A stretch of DNA of 64,000 nt from an uncultured Methanosarcinales archaeon (GTDB taxonomy: Archaea > Nanobdellota > Nanobdellia > Woesearchaeales > GW2011-AR9), in NCBI GenBank assembly GCA_964498285.1, contig CAZCGN010000002.1, positions 4,923 through 68,922 of the forward strand, read 5' to 3'. This document shows positions 1 through 9,479 of this stretch, piece after piece. The notes under the pieces are model-generated. The model saw only the letters and a list, made by a program, of their open reading frames with translations. It searched no databases and was not told where the DNA came from. Both the position numbers and the translations under genes were made by a program. The stretch's first letter is position 1. The number at the start of each line of letters is the position of its first letter.

Positions 1-35
1 CCTTAGTTCATGCTAAAAAATAAAAGGAGTCAGCC

Positions 36-233
36 TCATTCCAACCTCAACACAACACATGTCTTGCCGTTTATTATTGCAATCTCAGATTCTATCTCGT
101 TTCCCTTCTGTAGCGCAGGATGATCTGATAAATGTTTGATTAGATAGGCAAAAGGAATCCCTTTCTTATAACATACTTTCAACTTCCACCCAAATATCTT
201 TTTGTACCTTGCCACCCCATATCTTACATTCAT
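36..233 (-). CDS. small hypothetical protein (start may extend to 296)
   Basis: ORF divergent from the Lrp regulator; no recognisable motif. Confidence 0.4.
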   Translation of the reverse strand: MNVRYGVARYKKIFGWKLKVCYKKGIPFAYLIKHLSDHPALQKGNEIESEIAIINGKTCVVLRLE

Positions 234-316
234 TTTTTCATCTATAAACCCTCTTATTTGAATTCGAAACTTTTGCAGCACAATTCTTAAAAACATGCTG
301 CATATGTAAAGTGTAA

Positions 317-1288
317 ATGGATCAAAAAGACCTCAAGATCATTAAAGAGCTCGAAAAAGATGCAAGACAATCTAATTCTTCCATTGCAAAAATTGTTGGT
401 CTTTCTAAACCTGCATTGGCTTCTAGAATCCAAAAGTTAGAGGAGAAAAACATAATTGATGGTTATATGGTGGTCACTGATGCATTGAAGTTAGGCTACA
501 ACATTTACACCATTTGTTTTAAGCTTCAAGGTGCTGCTGCAAATGTAAAGTCCGATATTGTTTCTTTTATCAAACAGCAACCTGAAGTAGGATGGTGTAT
601 TAGTCTTCTTGGGAGTTATGACATCATATTTGCATTGATAACAAAAAATCACAAAGCAATTCAAAATGTTCTTCATGCAATTGAAACACACTTTAGTGAT
701 AAAATCAAAGAAACTGATTTGTTACACAATACTACTATGTGTTCATATCCTCATGCATATCTATTTGGTGATTCATATGGTGATGGATTTGCTGATTGTT
801 ATGAGGTTCACACAAATAATCTCGGGGAATTATCCTCAAATGAGTATACTATCTTAAATTACTTTAAGCAAAATCCACGATCCCAAGTAGTTGACGTTGT
901 TAATCACACTACACTTAGTAGAGATACTGTTCGGAGAACTCTTTACCGATTAGCCACACGTAAGATCCTTTTGCGATGTAAAGCACATATCAACATATTT
1001 GAACTTGGTTATCAATGGCATCTACTTCTAATTTCAGTAAGATCATTTACTGATAATACACACAAAGAATTAATGGAATATATGAAACAACATCCCAACT
1101 TTGTCTACGTTGTTGAATGTATTGGCAAATGGCAATTTCTTATTAGTATCCACTCTAAAGATAATGAAGAGTTTAAACAAATTCATGGATCGTTTCATGA
1201 AAAGTTTGATGATATCATCAAGAATGAAGAAGTGCTTCAAGTCTCAGAGAGACAAAAGCATACATTCATTCCATTGAAATATCACTGA
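317..1288 (+). CDS. Lrp/AsnC family transcriptional regulator with two HTH+RAM modules
   Basis: N-terminal MDQKDLKIIKELEKDARQS..IAKIVGLS..RIQKLEEKNII HTH; second module LSSNEYTILNYFKQNPRS..LSRDTVRRTL; GSYD and GKWQ RAM motifs. Confidence 0.9.
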   Translation: MDQKDLKIIKELEKDARQSNSSIAKIVGLSKPALASRIQKLEEKNIIDGYMVVTDALKLGYNIYTICFKLQGAAANVKSDIVSFIKQQPEVGWCISLLGSYDIIFALITKNHKAIQNVLHAIETHFSDKIKETDLLHNTTMCSYPHAYLFGDSYGDGFADCYEVHTNNLGELSSNEYTILNYFKQNPRSQVVDVVNHTTLSRDTVRRTLYRLATRKILLRCKAHINIFELGYQWHLLLISVRSFTDNTHKELMEYMKQHPNFVYVVECIGKWQFLISIHSKDNEEFKQIHGSFHEKFDDIIKNEEVLQVSERQKHTFIPLKYH

Positions 1289-2520
1289 TCTACCACTCTC
1301 AACCTTCTCCTTCCACGAAACTCAGTATGTTCCATCTCTTCGCCTGTCAAATAAGGCCTTGGGCACGCGGGGTCGTGTCCAGTTAAACTGCCAGTAGCAT
1401 ACAATTTGATTGCAGGACATTCATTATGGCACTTACTTACACGCTCACAATCATAACATGGCTCGCTCATCTCTAGTTCACGCATTACGACAAACGAATG
1501 TGCTCTTCTCCACTCGGACATAATTGTTCCTCCTTTGAAAATGTTGCCTGCACGTAAATCTTTACCTAAGAACACACAAGGACTTACATTCCCATACTGA
1601 TCAATATGTAAAGATCGTGTACCTGCTGCACAATCTCTATCACCTACAAGCAATTCACTATCATACCCACAGTTAAAGTTCATAATATCTTCAATATCTA
1701 CACGATCGCCAAGGCCATTGAGGTATTCTAGTAAACTAAAATATTCTGCACTTGGTTGAACCATACACAGTTCATTATCAATTGTTCTTCCAGAAGGTTT
1801 TGCCCTTCGAACTTTAAGAACAGCACCATATTCTTCTGCTAATTGAACAAGTGCAGGGATATCATCGAAATTAAAGGGAAATAAAGTAGCCTGCAATGTG
1901 AAGTCTACCCCTTCTCTTTGTAACCTTTCAACTGTACGTAGAGCCTTTTGATAGACCCCATCACCACGGATGCGATTATGTGTCTCTTGAGTCCCATCAA
2001 AACTTACTGAAACCTTGACTTGCCTTTGTACAAGAGCTCTTGCTAACTCAATAGGCATAACAGTTCCATTTGTAGTTAATGAAACGTCAACATGATTATC
2101 ATTGAATGTATCAATAATGCCAAGGATTTCTGAATGTAATAAAGGTTCACCACCACCCAATTTAGCATATAAAACACCTACTTCCCCTGCTTCTTTTGCA
2201 ATTGGTATAAGGCTCTTAAGTGATAATTGATCTTCACCATCTCGTGAAGAATCTGATAAGCAGTGATCACATGTAAGATTACAATAATTGCTTACATCAA
2301 CAAACAATTTTAATGGAGAGGAATACGCACCTTCAACTAGAGGATTTTGAACAATACGAAGTTTGCCTTGAACTTCAATTCGCTCACGTTCTAAAATTGC
2401 TAGAGCATGTTCAAGATTAGAAGAAAGTTCTTGTGTAACTGGTACGGGCAATCGCCTTGTTGTAAAATTGTGATGTACTAACGCCCCTTGTGTTTCAATT
2501 CGTAGGATGGTATCCTTCAT
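1282..2520 (-). CDS. radical SAM/SPASM domain protein
   Basis: CNLTCDHC motif, GGGEP, TTNG, SFDG; SPASM cysteines CAAG..GNVSPC..CYDC..C..ECP..CP. Confidence 0.92.
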   Translation of the reverse strand: MKDTILRIETQGALVHHNFTTRRLPVPVTQELSSNLEHALAILERERIEVQGKLRIVQNPLVEGAYSSPLKLFVDVSNYCNLTCDHCLSDSSRDGEDQLSLKSLIPIAKEAGEVGVLYAKLGGGEPLLHSEILGIIDTFNDNHVDVSLTTNGTVMPIELARALVQRQVKVSVSFDGTQETHNRIRGDGVYQKALRTVERLQREGVDFTLQATLFPFNFDDIPALVQLAEEYGAVLKVRRAKPSGRTIDNELCMVQPSAEYFSLLEYLNGLGDRVDIEDIMNFNCGYDSELLVGDRDCAAGTRSLHIDQYGNVSPCVFLGKDLRAGNIFKGGTIMSEWRRAHSFVVMRELEMSEPCYDCERVSKCHNECPAIKLYATGSLTGHDPACPRPYLTGEEMEHTEFRGRRRLRVVDQ

Positions 2521-3149
2521 TGAGTGAGATAACGCAGATGTGCTTGTGCTGTTCCAAATACTTTAAGAAGAACATCTCGTGGAATATCAATTTTCTCATT
2601 AAGAACTGCACCACTGCGTAATACGTCTTCAAGACGACTACCACCTCTTTGAAAAGCTTGTTGTAATTGCTCATCTGTTAAATATAATAATCCTGCTACA
2701 TCTCCTGGAGTTGGCTCACCTTGCAGCTCACCTTCAAATACTGCAACTAAAGTGTATGGTTTGCGTCCAGATTCGGATTGTTGATTGACAATTATGTAAC
2801 GTGGCCTAATTAGTCCTTCTGCATGAGGAATTGAGAACTCCCTTATTGTATCACTTGTAAATAAATGTGTAACTGTTGAATCTTGCAGTGCAACTGTTGT
2901 TTCAAGCTCTTCTGAGCACTCACGCTGCGCACATGCAACTAATGTACCATCAGTCCCTTCATATTTCCCACCAATGCCAACTACTCCAACCACCGTATCA
3001 CTGCCTTCAACTCTCCATCGTGCTTGGCGTTGTACCTCATATAAACCTGCACCATTTCGTCTAAGTAGAATTCCTGTGCTTACATCAAATTCGGGGCCAA
3101 ACTGTCCTGCAACTGCTTGAACATATGGCTCTTGAAGCGTATGTTGCAT
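2517..3149 (-). CDS. Nudix hydrolase family protein
   Basis: Nudix-box-like GGKYEGTDGTLVACAQRECSEEL; 4-bp ATGA overlap with the radical SAM gene. Confidence 0.8.
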   Translation of the reverse strand: MQHTLQEPYVQAVAGQFGPEFDVSTGILLRRNGAGLYEVQRQARWRVEGSDTVVGVVGIGGKYEGTDGTLVACAQRECSEELETTVALQDSTVTHLFTSDTIREFSIPHAEGLIRPRYIIVNQQSESGRKPYTLVAVFEGELQGEPTPGDVAGLLYLTDEQLQQAFQRGGSRLEDVLRSGAVLNEKIDIPRDVLLKVFGTAQAHLRYLTQ

Positions 3150-3196
3150 CTTATGAGGTCAATGTGAGGGAGATTATTTAAGTTTTTTGGAGGTTT

Positions 3197-3358
3197 TTAC
3201 TTGAGAGTGGTTCTCCTAGTTTTTATCCTTTCAACTAGCTCTGGTACACACAAACTCACACCAAGTATCAACAATCCAACTGAGGTATAGCTTCATTGTC
3301 CGTAGAGAAAGGAAATAACTATCAATCCAAGGCCAAAATACGTCTTATCTCGTACCAC
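3197..3358 (-). pseudogene. small two-TM protein interrupted by an in-frame TGA
   Basis: Manual translation MVRDKTYFGLGLIVISFLYGQ*SYTSVGLLILGVSLCVPELVERIKTRRTTLK*; TATA element ~22 nt upstream. Confidence 0.45.
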
Positions 3359-3379
3359 TGATTAAAAATTGCTTGATAC

Positions 3380-3397
3380 ATATATAAATTTATATAT
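3380..3397. promoter_or_regulatory. palindromic bidirectional TATA element ATATATAAATTTATATAT
   Basis: Perfect 18-bp palindrome ~22 nt from both the GTG at 3358 (-) and the ATG at 3419 (+). Confidence 0.6.
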
Positions 3398-3418
3398 AAA
3401 GGGCTTTAGTTATGTTTT

Positions 3419-4573
3419 ATGGTAACATACTCCCATTCAAGGCTTGGAACATTTCAACAGTGTAAATACAAATACAAGCTTCAATACGTCGATAGAGTTA
3501 AGGTAGATATTCCAGATACAGTTGAGACATTCATGGGTTCACGTGTTCATGAAGCACTAGAGAAATTGTACAAGGATTTACAATATCAAAAAATCAATTC
3601 TAAGGAAGATTTGATTAAATTCTATGAAATGACATGGGATGAACAGTGGGAAGATACCATCATTGTTGCTAAGAAAGAATATACTCCTGAGAATTACAAA
3701 GAGATGGGGAAGAAGTTTATTTCTGAGTATTATGACCATTATAAGCCATTCAATCACCTAAAAACCATTGGTTTAGAGACAGAAGATAGAATGGAGTTAG
3801 ATGATGGCAACCAGTACCATATTAGAATTGATAGGTTGGCTTGTGACAAGGAAGGGAATTATTATGTGATGGATTATAAGACGAATAGCAAACTTAAAGC
3901 TCAAGGCGAATTAGATGAAGATAGACAACTTGCAATGTATTCTTTATGGGTGAAGAACAACTTTGCAGATTGCAAATTGGTAAAGTTAGTGTGGTTCTTT
4001 CTTGCATTTGATAAAGAATTAGTCTCAGAGCGATCAGATGAGCAATTAGCGGAGTTAAAGAAGAGTACTGAAGAACTAATTAAAGAGATTGAAGCAAATC
4101 AAGAGTGGCCAACTACTGTAACTGCTCTTTGTGGTTGGTGTAAATACAAATCAATGTGTCCTGCATGGAAACATGACCTTGAATTACAAGAGAAGACAGA
4201 AGAAGATTTCAAGGATGATGATGGATTAAAATTAGTTGACGAGTTTACAAGATATGATCTTCAAGAAAGAGAAGCAAAGAAGAAAAAAGAAGAAATAAAA
4301 GAAAAGATAACTCAATTTGCAGAGCAGAAAGGATTAGAAGTGGTGTGGGGAACTGATACAAAAGCTTCTGTTAAACCATATAGTAAAATTGAATACCCAA
4401 AAACAGAAGAGTTCGTTGCTTTGTTAAAAGAGAAAGGGATTTATGATGATGTTGTTACAATAAATTATTCTAAGTTTGCTTCTAAAGTCATGAAAAAGCA
4501 GATGGATTCTTCTGTGTTAGAGTTAGTTAATACTGAAAAAGGTTGGAGAGTTACAGTTAGTAAGAGGAAATAA
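3419..4573 (+). CDS. PD-(D/E)xK nuclease, RecB/AddB/Cas4-like with four Fe-S cysteines
   Basis: YSHSRL..QC, GSRVHEALE, RIDRL, DYKT, QLAMY, CGWC..C motifs. Confidence 0.88.
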   Translation: MVTYSHSRLGTFQQCKYKYKLQYVDRVKVDIPDTVETFMGSRVHEALEKLYKDLQYQKINSKEDLIKFYEMTWDEQWEDTIIVAKKEYTPENYKEMGKKFISEYYDHYKPFNHLKTIGLETEDRMELDDGNQYHIRIDRLACDKEGNYYVMDYKTNSKLKAQGELDEDRQLAMYSLWVKNNFADCKLVKLVWFFLAFDKELVSERSDEQLAELKKSTEELIKEIEANQEWPTTVTALCGWCKYKSMCPAWKHDLELQEKTEEDFKDDDGLKLVDEFTRYDLQEREAKKKKEEIKEKITQFAEQKGLEVVWGTDTKASVKPYSKIEYPKTEEFVALLKEKGIYDDVVTINYSKFASKVMKKQMDSSVLELVNTEKGWRVTVSKRK

Positions 4574-4574
4574 A

Positions 4575-6029
4575 ATGTTTGAATTGATTTTTAAGAATGT
4601 AGATGATGTGCTTCGTAAGGATGCTGGGTGTGGCAGTGAGCTTGATTATGTGGAACAAACTTCATGGATAATTTTTCTAAAACACTTGCATGATCTAGAG
4701 GATGATAAGGCAACTGAAGCAGAATTAGCCGGTAAAGAGTATGAACGGATAATTGCAGAAGAGTTTAGATGGGATGTTTGGGCTGTACCTAAAGATGGGA
4801 GTAGTAAGTTAGATCATCACAAAGCACTCACCGGAGATGATCTGAAAGAGTTTGTTAACCAGAAACTATTTCCATATTTTAAGAAATTCAAATTAAGTGC
4901 TGAGAGTGCAGATACAATCCAATACAAAATTGGTGAAATCTTCAGCGAGTTAAAGAATAAAATTCAAAGTGGTTATAACCTACGTGAGATTATTAATCTC
5001 ATTGATGAACTTCACTTTAGAACTCACACTGAAAAGCATGAAATGTCTCATCTCTATGAGGCTAAAATTAAGAATATGGGCAATGCTGGTCGTAACGGTG
5101 GTGAGTACTACACTCCTCGTCCCCTCATTAAGACAGTAGTCAAAGTTGTAAATCCAAAAATTGGGGAGAAAGTCTATGATGGGGCTGTAGGTTCTGCTGG
5201 TTTTCTAGTAGAAGCGTATGAGCATATGAAAAGTAGCAAGGAGTTGTCTACTAAAGAAGATGAGATACTTAGTACAGAAACATTCTTTGGAAAGGAAAAA
5301 AAATCTCTTGCGTACATTATTGGAATAATGAACATGATTCTTCATGGTATTGAATCACCGAATATTATTCATACCAATACTTTAACAGAGAATTTGCAAG
5401 ACATTCAAGAAAAAGATAGATATGAAGTTGTGCTTGCTAATCCTCCATTTGGAGGAAAAGAGAGAGTAGAAGTTCAACAGAACTTTCCAATTAAGACTTC
5501 AGAGACAGCATTTTTGTTCCTACAACATTTCATAAAAATATTGAAGGTTAATGGGAGAGCTGGAGTTGTGATTAAAAATACGTTCTTATCAAATTCTGAT
5601 AATGCTTCTGTTGCATTGAGAAAATATTTGCTTGAGAGTTGTAATTTACATACTGTTCTTGATTTACCAGGAGGCACTTTTACTGGGGCTGGCGTTAAGA
5701 CAGTAGTATTATTCTTTGATAAAGGAACGCCAACAAAGAAGATATGGTATTACCAACTTAATCTTGATAGAAATTTGGGCAAGACTAATCCATTGAATGA
5801 AAACGATCTTTCTGAATTTTTTAAATTACAAAAAGAGAAGAAAGATTCTGAGAATTCCTGGAGTGTCAATGTATCTGACATTAATCAAAAAACTTTTGAT
5901 TTATCTGCTAAAAATCCTCATAGGAATGATGAGAAAGAACTACGAGATCCAAAGGAGATCATCGCTGAGATGGTGAAGTTAGATTCTGGAACTGCTTCTG
6001 CACTAAAAGAAATTGAGGACTTATTATGA
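4575..6029 (+). CDS. hsdM: Type I restriction-modification methyltransferase subunit M (N6-adenine)
   Basis: GEYYTPR, YDGAVGSAGFL (motif I), LANPPFGG (motif IV). Confidence 0.95.
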   Translation: MFELIFKNVDDVLRKDAGCGSELDYVEQTSWIIFLKHLHDLEDDKATEAELAGKEYERIIAEEFRWDVWAVPKDGSSKLDHHKALTGDDLKEFVNQKLFPYFKKFKLSAESADTIQYKIGEIFSELKNKIQSGYNLREIINLIDELHFRTHTEKHEMSHLYEAKIKNMGNAGRNGGEYYTPRPLIKTVVKVVNPKIGEKVYDGAVGSAGFLVEAYEHMKSSKELSTKEDEILSTETFFGKEKKSLAYIIGIMNMILHGIESPNIIHTNTLTENLQDIQEKDRYEVVLANPPFGGKERVEVQQNFPIKTSETAFLFLQHFIKILKVNGRAGVVIKNTFLSNSDNASVALRKYLLESCNLHTVLDLPGGTFTGAGVKTVVLFFDKGTPTKKIWYYQLNLDRNLGKTNPLNENDLSEFFKLQKEKKDSENSWSVNVSDINQKTFDLSAKNPHRNDEKELRDPKEIIAEMVKLDSGTASALKEIEDLL

Positions 6030-7168
6030 AAGCAGGCTGGGGAGTTAAGAAGTTAGGGGAAGTGTGTGACATAAGTACAGGAAAGTCAAATACACAAGAT
6101 GCAACTTCAGATGGAGAATACGCTTTTTTCGATAGATCAAAAAAAATTAAACGAAGTTCAAAATATCTTTTTGATTGTGAAGCAATAATTGTGGCAGGGG
6201 AAGGTCAAACATTCTTCCCAAAGTTTTACTCTGGAAAATTTGACTTGCACCAAAGGGCTTATGCTTTATTTAATTTTAATACTGATGTCAACATACGTTA
6301 TGTCTACAATTATCTTACTTATTTTCACAAATATTTTCAAAGAGTAGCAGTTGGGGCAACTGCAAAATCTTTGCGTTTAAGACATTTCTTAGAATTGCCA
6401 TTGCCCATCCCTCCTCTCGCAGAGCAAGAAAAAATTGTTACAAAATTAGATGAGGTGTTTGAAAAGTTAGCTATAGCAAAAGAAAATACTGAAAATAATT
6501 TTAAAAATGCAGGTGAGATATTTCAGAATTACTTTGATCTCTTAATCGAAAGCTTGAAAAAAGAAAATGCCTGCGAAAAATTAGCTTCCATTGCAGAATT
6601 TAAGAATGGTCTTAACTATACTAAAAATAGTTCTGGAGAGAGGATAAGGTTAGTGGGAGTAAGTGACTTTCAGGATCACTTCTACATTGATTCGAGTGGC
6701 CTTGCAGAAATACGTGTAAATGATAAATTAAGTGTAGATTATGAGCTTAGAGAAGGAGACTTACTAGTAGTTAGGTCAAATGGATCACCTCAACTTGTAG
6801 GTAGATTGCTCTTAGTAAGGAATGTAGACGAAAAAACTTCTTACTCTGGTTTTACCATCCGGATCAGAAGAAAAATTGAATATATCAATCCAACTTATTT
6901 ATGTTATTATCTGAAATCCAATAGTATTAGGAAGAAATTAACAACTAATAGTAATGGTACTAATATAAAAAGTATAAATCAAAAAATGCTTGCTAATCTA
7001 GAGATCTCACTTCCTCCGATTGAAACTCAAAATGAAGTTATAAAGAAGCTAGAATTAACCTCACAAAAGTCTCAAAAACTCAAACAATCCTATCAACAAA
7101 AAGTCCACGACTTAGATGAACTCAAACAGTCAATTTTACAAAAAGCATTTAATGGAGAACTCACTTAG
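6026..7168 (+). CDS. hsdS: Type I R-M specificity subunit S
   Basis: Two TRDs with conserved PIPPLAEQEKIV and LPPIETQNEVI repeats; C-terminal LKQSILQKAFNGEL. Confidence 0.95.
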   Translation: MKAGWGVKKLGEVCDISTGKSNTQDATSDGEYAFFDRSKKIKRSSKYLFDCEAIIVAGEGQTFFPKFYSGKFDLHQRAYALFNFNTDVNIRYVYNYLTYFHKYFQRVAVGATAKSLRLRHFLELPLPIPPLAEQEKIVTKLDEVFEKLAIAKENTENNFKNAGEIFQNYFDLLIESLKKENACEKLASIAEFKNGLNYTKNSSGERIRLVGVSDFQDHFYIDSSGLAEIRVNDKLSVDYELREGDLLVVRSNGSPQLVGRLLLVRNVDEKTSYSGFTIRIRRKIEYINPTYLCYYLKSNSIRKKLTTNSNGTNIKSINQKMLANLEISLPPIETQNEVIKKLELTSQKSQKLKQSYQQKVHDLDELKQSILQKAFNGELT

Positions 7169-7177
7169 TATCTAAAA

Positions 7178-9469
7178 ATGAATGAAGCGGAAACTAGAGC
7201 TGAACTTATTGATCCCAAGCTAGCTGAAGCAGGATGGGGTAAAGTAGAAGGCACTAAAGTTCTGCGAGAGTACCATATCAATAAAGGGAGAGTACAAGCA
7301 GGCGGAAGAAGAGGAAAACCTCTCATTGCAGATTACATTCTTACTTATAATGGCAGAAAATTAGCAGTAATTGAAGCAAAAAGCGCAAAATGTGAAGTAG
7401 GGGAAGGAGTTGCTCAAGCAAAGCATTATGCAGAAAAACTTCATATTCAAACAACATTTGCAACTAATGGAAAAGAGATTTATCAAATTTCCATGAAGTC
7501 AGGGAAAGAAAAATTAGTTGACTCATATCCTGTCCCACAGGATTTGTGGAACAAAACATTTCCAAAAGAAAATCCTTGGCAATCTAAATTTGATGAAGTC
7601 GCAAAAGGAGGTCCATTTGAGCCAAGATTCTATCAAGAGATAGCAGTTAATAAAGCACTTGATGCAATTAGTAAAGGAAAGAACAGACTACTTTTAACAT
7701 TAGCTACTGGAACTGGGAAAACAAGTATTGCGTTTCAAATTGCATGGAAGTTATTTCATGCTCGGTGGAATTTGAAAGAAGACGGAAAGAGACGACCAAG
7801 AATCTTATTTCTTGCAGATAGAAACATCTTGGCTGATCAAGCTTTCAATAACTTCTCAGCATTTCCAGAAGATGCTTTAATCAGAATCAGGCCGAAAGAT
7901 ATTAAGAAGAAAGGAAGAGTCCCAACTAATGGAAGTATATTCTTCACAATTTTTCAAACATTTATGAGTGGGCCAGATGACACACCGTATTTTGGGCAAT
8001 ATCCAAAAGACTACTTTGATTTTGTGATCATTGATGAATGCCATAGAGGTGGAGCTAACGACGAAAGTAATTGGCGCGATATTTTAGAATATTTCTCGCC
8101 AGCTGTTCAATTAGGTCTTACTGCAACTCCTAAACGTAAAGATAATGCAGATACATATAGATATTTTGGTCAACCACTTTACATTTACTCACTAAAAGAA
8201 GGAATAAATGATGGGTATCTAACTCCATTCAAAGTTAGAAGAATCAAGACAACAATGGACGAGTATATTTATACATCCGATGATACCATTATTGAAGGAG
8301 AGATTGAAACAGGCAAGATATACCAAGAGGCAGATTTCAATAAAATTATTGAGATCAAAGAAAGAGAAGCAAAACGTGTTAAAATTTTCATGGATGAGAT
8401 TAACCAAAATGAGAAAGCAATAGTTTTCTGTGCAACTCAGAACCATGCTCTTGCAGTGAGAGATTTGATCAATCAAATGAAAAAGAGTACAGAACCCAAT
8501 TATTGTGTTAGGGTAACAGCTAATGATGGTGAATTAGGAGAGATGTACTTGAGAGAATTTCAAGATAATGAGAAAAATATCCCAACAATCTTAACTACTT
8601 CACAAAAGCTTTCTACTGGTGTTGATGCTCGAAATATTAGAAATATTATTCTTATGCGACCTGTGAATTCAATGATTGAGTTTAAACAAATTGTAGGAAG
8701 AGGAACTCGTTTATTTGACGGAAAAGATTTCTTTACTATTTATGATTATGTTGATGCTTATCATCATTTTAGTGATCCTGAGTGGGATGGAGAACCAGAA
8801 GAACCAGTGATGAGCTCAAAACCAAAAACGCTTGTGGTAAAGGAATCACCAGCAAAATACGGCGAAGATGAAGAAGAGCCAAAACGAAAAAAGATAAAAA
8901 TCAAATTAGCTGATGGAAAAGCAAGGGAGATACAACATATGGCTTCCACTTCATTTTGGAGTGCCGATGGCAAACCGATCTCCGCTGAGGAATTCTTAGA
9001 AGGGATGTATGGTAGGTTGCCTGAATTTTTCAAAAATGAACAAGAATTACGAAATTTATGGTCAAATCCAAAGACCAGAAGGGCTTTTTTGAACAAACTT
9101 GAGGAAGCAGGTTATGGGATGGAACAGTTGAAGACTTTGCAGAAGCTCATAAATGCCCAAGATAGTGATTTATTTGATGTTCTTGAATATATTTCCTATG
9201 CAATAAAACCAATTAGTAGAGAAAAAAGAGTAGCAATGGCTCAGGATAAAATATTCGATGAGTTAGAAGTAGAGCAGAAAAATTTCTTGGAATTTGTTTT
9301 GTCTAAATATATTGAAGACGGTATAGAAGAACTTGAAGAAGGTAAACTCCCAGCATTGTTGAAAATCAAGTATCAGGCGATCAAAGATGCAACTGAGAAA
9401 CTTGGTGGCGTTGCAAAAATTAGAAAAGCATTCATTGAGTTTCAGAAGCATTTGTATGCTGAGGCATAA
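7178..9469 (+). CDS. hsdR: Type I R-M restriction subunit R (EcoAI/EcoEI-like)
   Basis: MNEAETRAELIDPKL, ADY..VIEAK nuclease motif, ATGTGKT, DECHRG, GLTATP, QIVGRGTR. Confidence 0.95.
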   Translation: MNEAETRAELIDPKLAEAGWGKVEGTKVLREYHINKGRVQAGGRRGKPLIADYILTYNGRKLAVIEAKSAKCEVGEGVAQAKHYAEKLHIQTTFATNGKEIYQISMKSGKEKLVDSYPVPQDLWNKTFPKENPWQSKFDEVAKGGPFEPRFYQEIAVNKALDAISKGKNRLLLTLATGTGKTSIAFQIAWKLFHARWNLKEDGKRRPRILFLADRNILADQAFNNFSAFPEDALIRIRPKDIKKKGRVPTNGSIFFTIFQTFMSGPDDTPYFGQYPKDYFDFVIIDECHRGGANDESNWRDILEYFSPAVQLGLTATPKRKDNADTYRYFGQPLYIYSLKEGINDGYLTPFKVRRIKTTMDEYIYTSDDTIIEGEIETGKIYQEADFNKIIEIKEREAKRVKIFMDEINQNEKAIVFCATQNHALAVRDLINQMKKSTEPNYCVRVTANDGELGEMYLREFQDNEKNIPTILTTSQKLSTGVDARNIRNIILMRPVNSMIEFKQIVGRGTRLFDGKDFFTIYDYVDAYHHFSDPEWDGEPEEPVMSSKPKTLVVKESPAKYGEDEEEPKRKKIKIKLADGKAREIQHMASTSFWSADGKPISAEEFLEGMYGRLPEFFKNEQELRNLWSNPKTRRAFLNKLEEAGYGMEQLKTLQKLINAQDSDLFDVLEYISYAIKPISREKRVAMAQDKIFDELEVEQKNFLEFVLSKYIEDGIEELEEGKLPALLKIKYQAIKDATEKLGGVAKIRKAFIEFQKHLYAEA

Positions 9470-9479
9470 TCGGAAATTT

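Noticed and set aside
1282-2520. Viperin-like antiviral enzyme
   Set aside because: It has a full SPASM cysteine set and lacks recognisable viperin motifs
3293-3295. TGA recoding or alternative genetic code
   Set aside because: Well-supported genes (Lrp, radical SAM, VirB4, pilin) end at TGA, and long ORFs read normally in the standard code
3419-4573. Cas4 / CRISPR-Cas locus
   Set aside because: No cas1, cas2 or repeat-spacer array seen in the window; the motifs fit the broader RecB/AddB-like family
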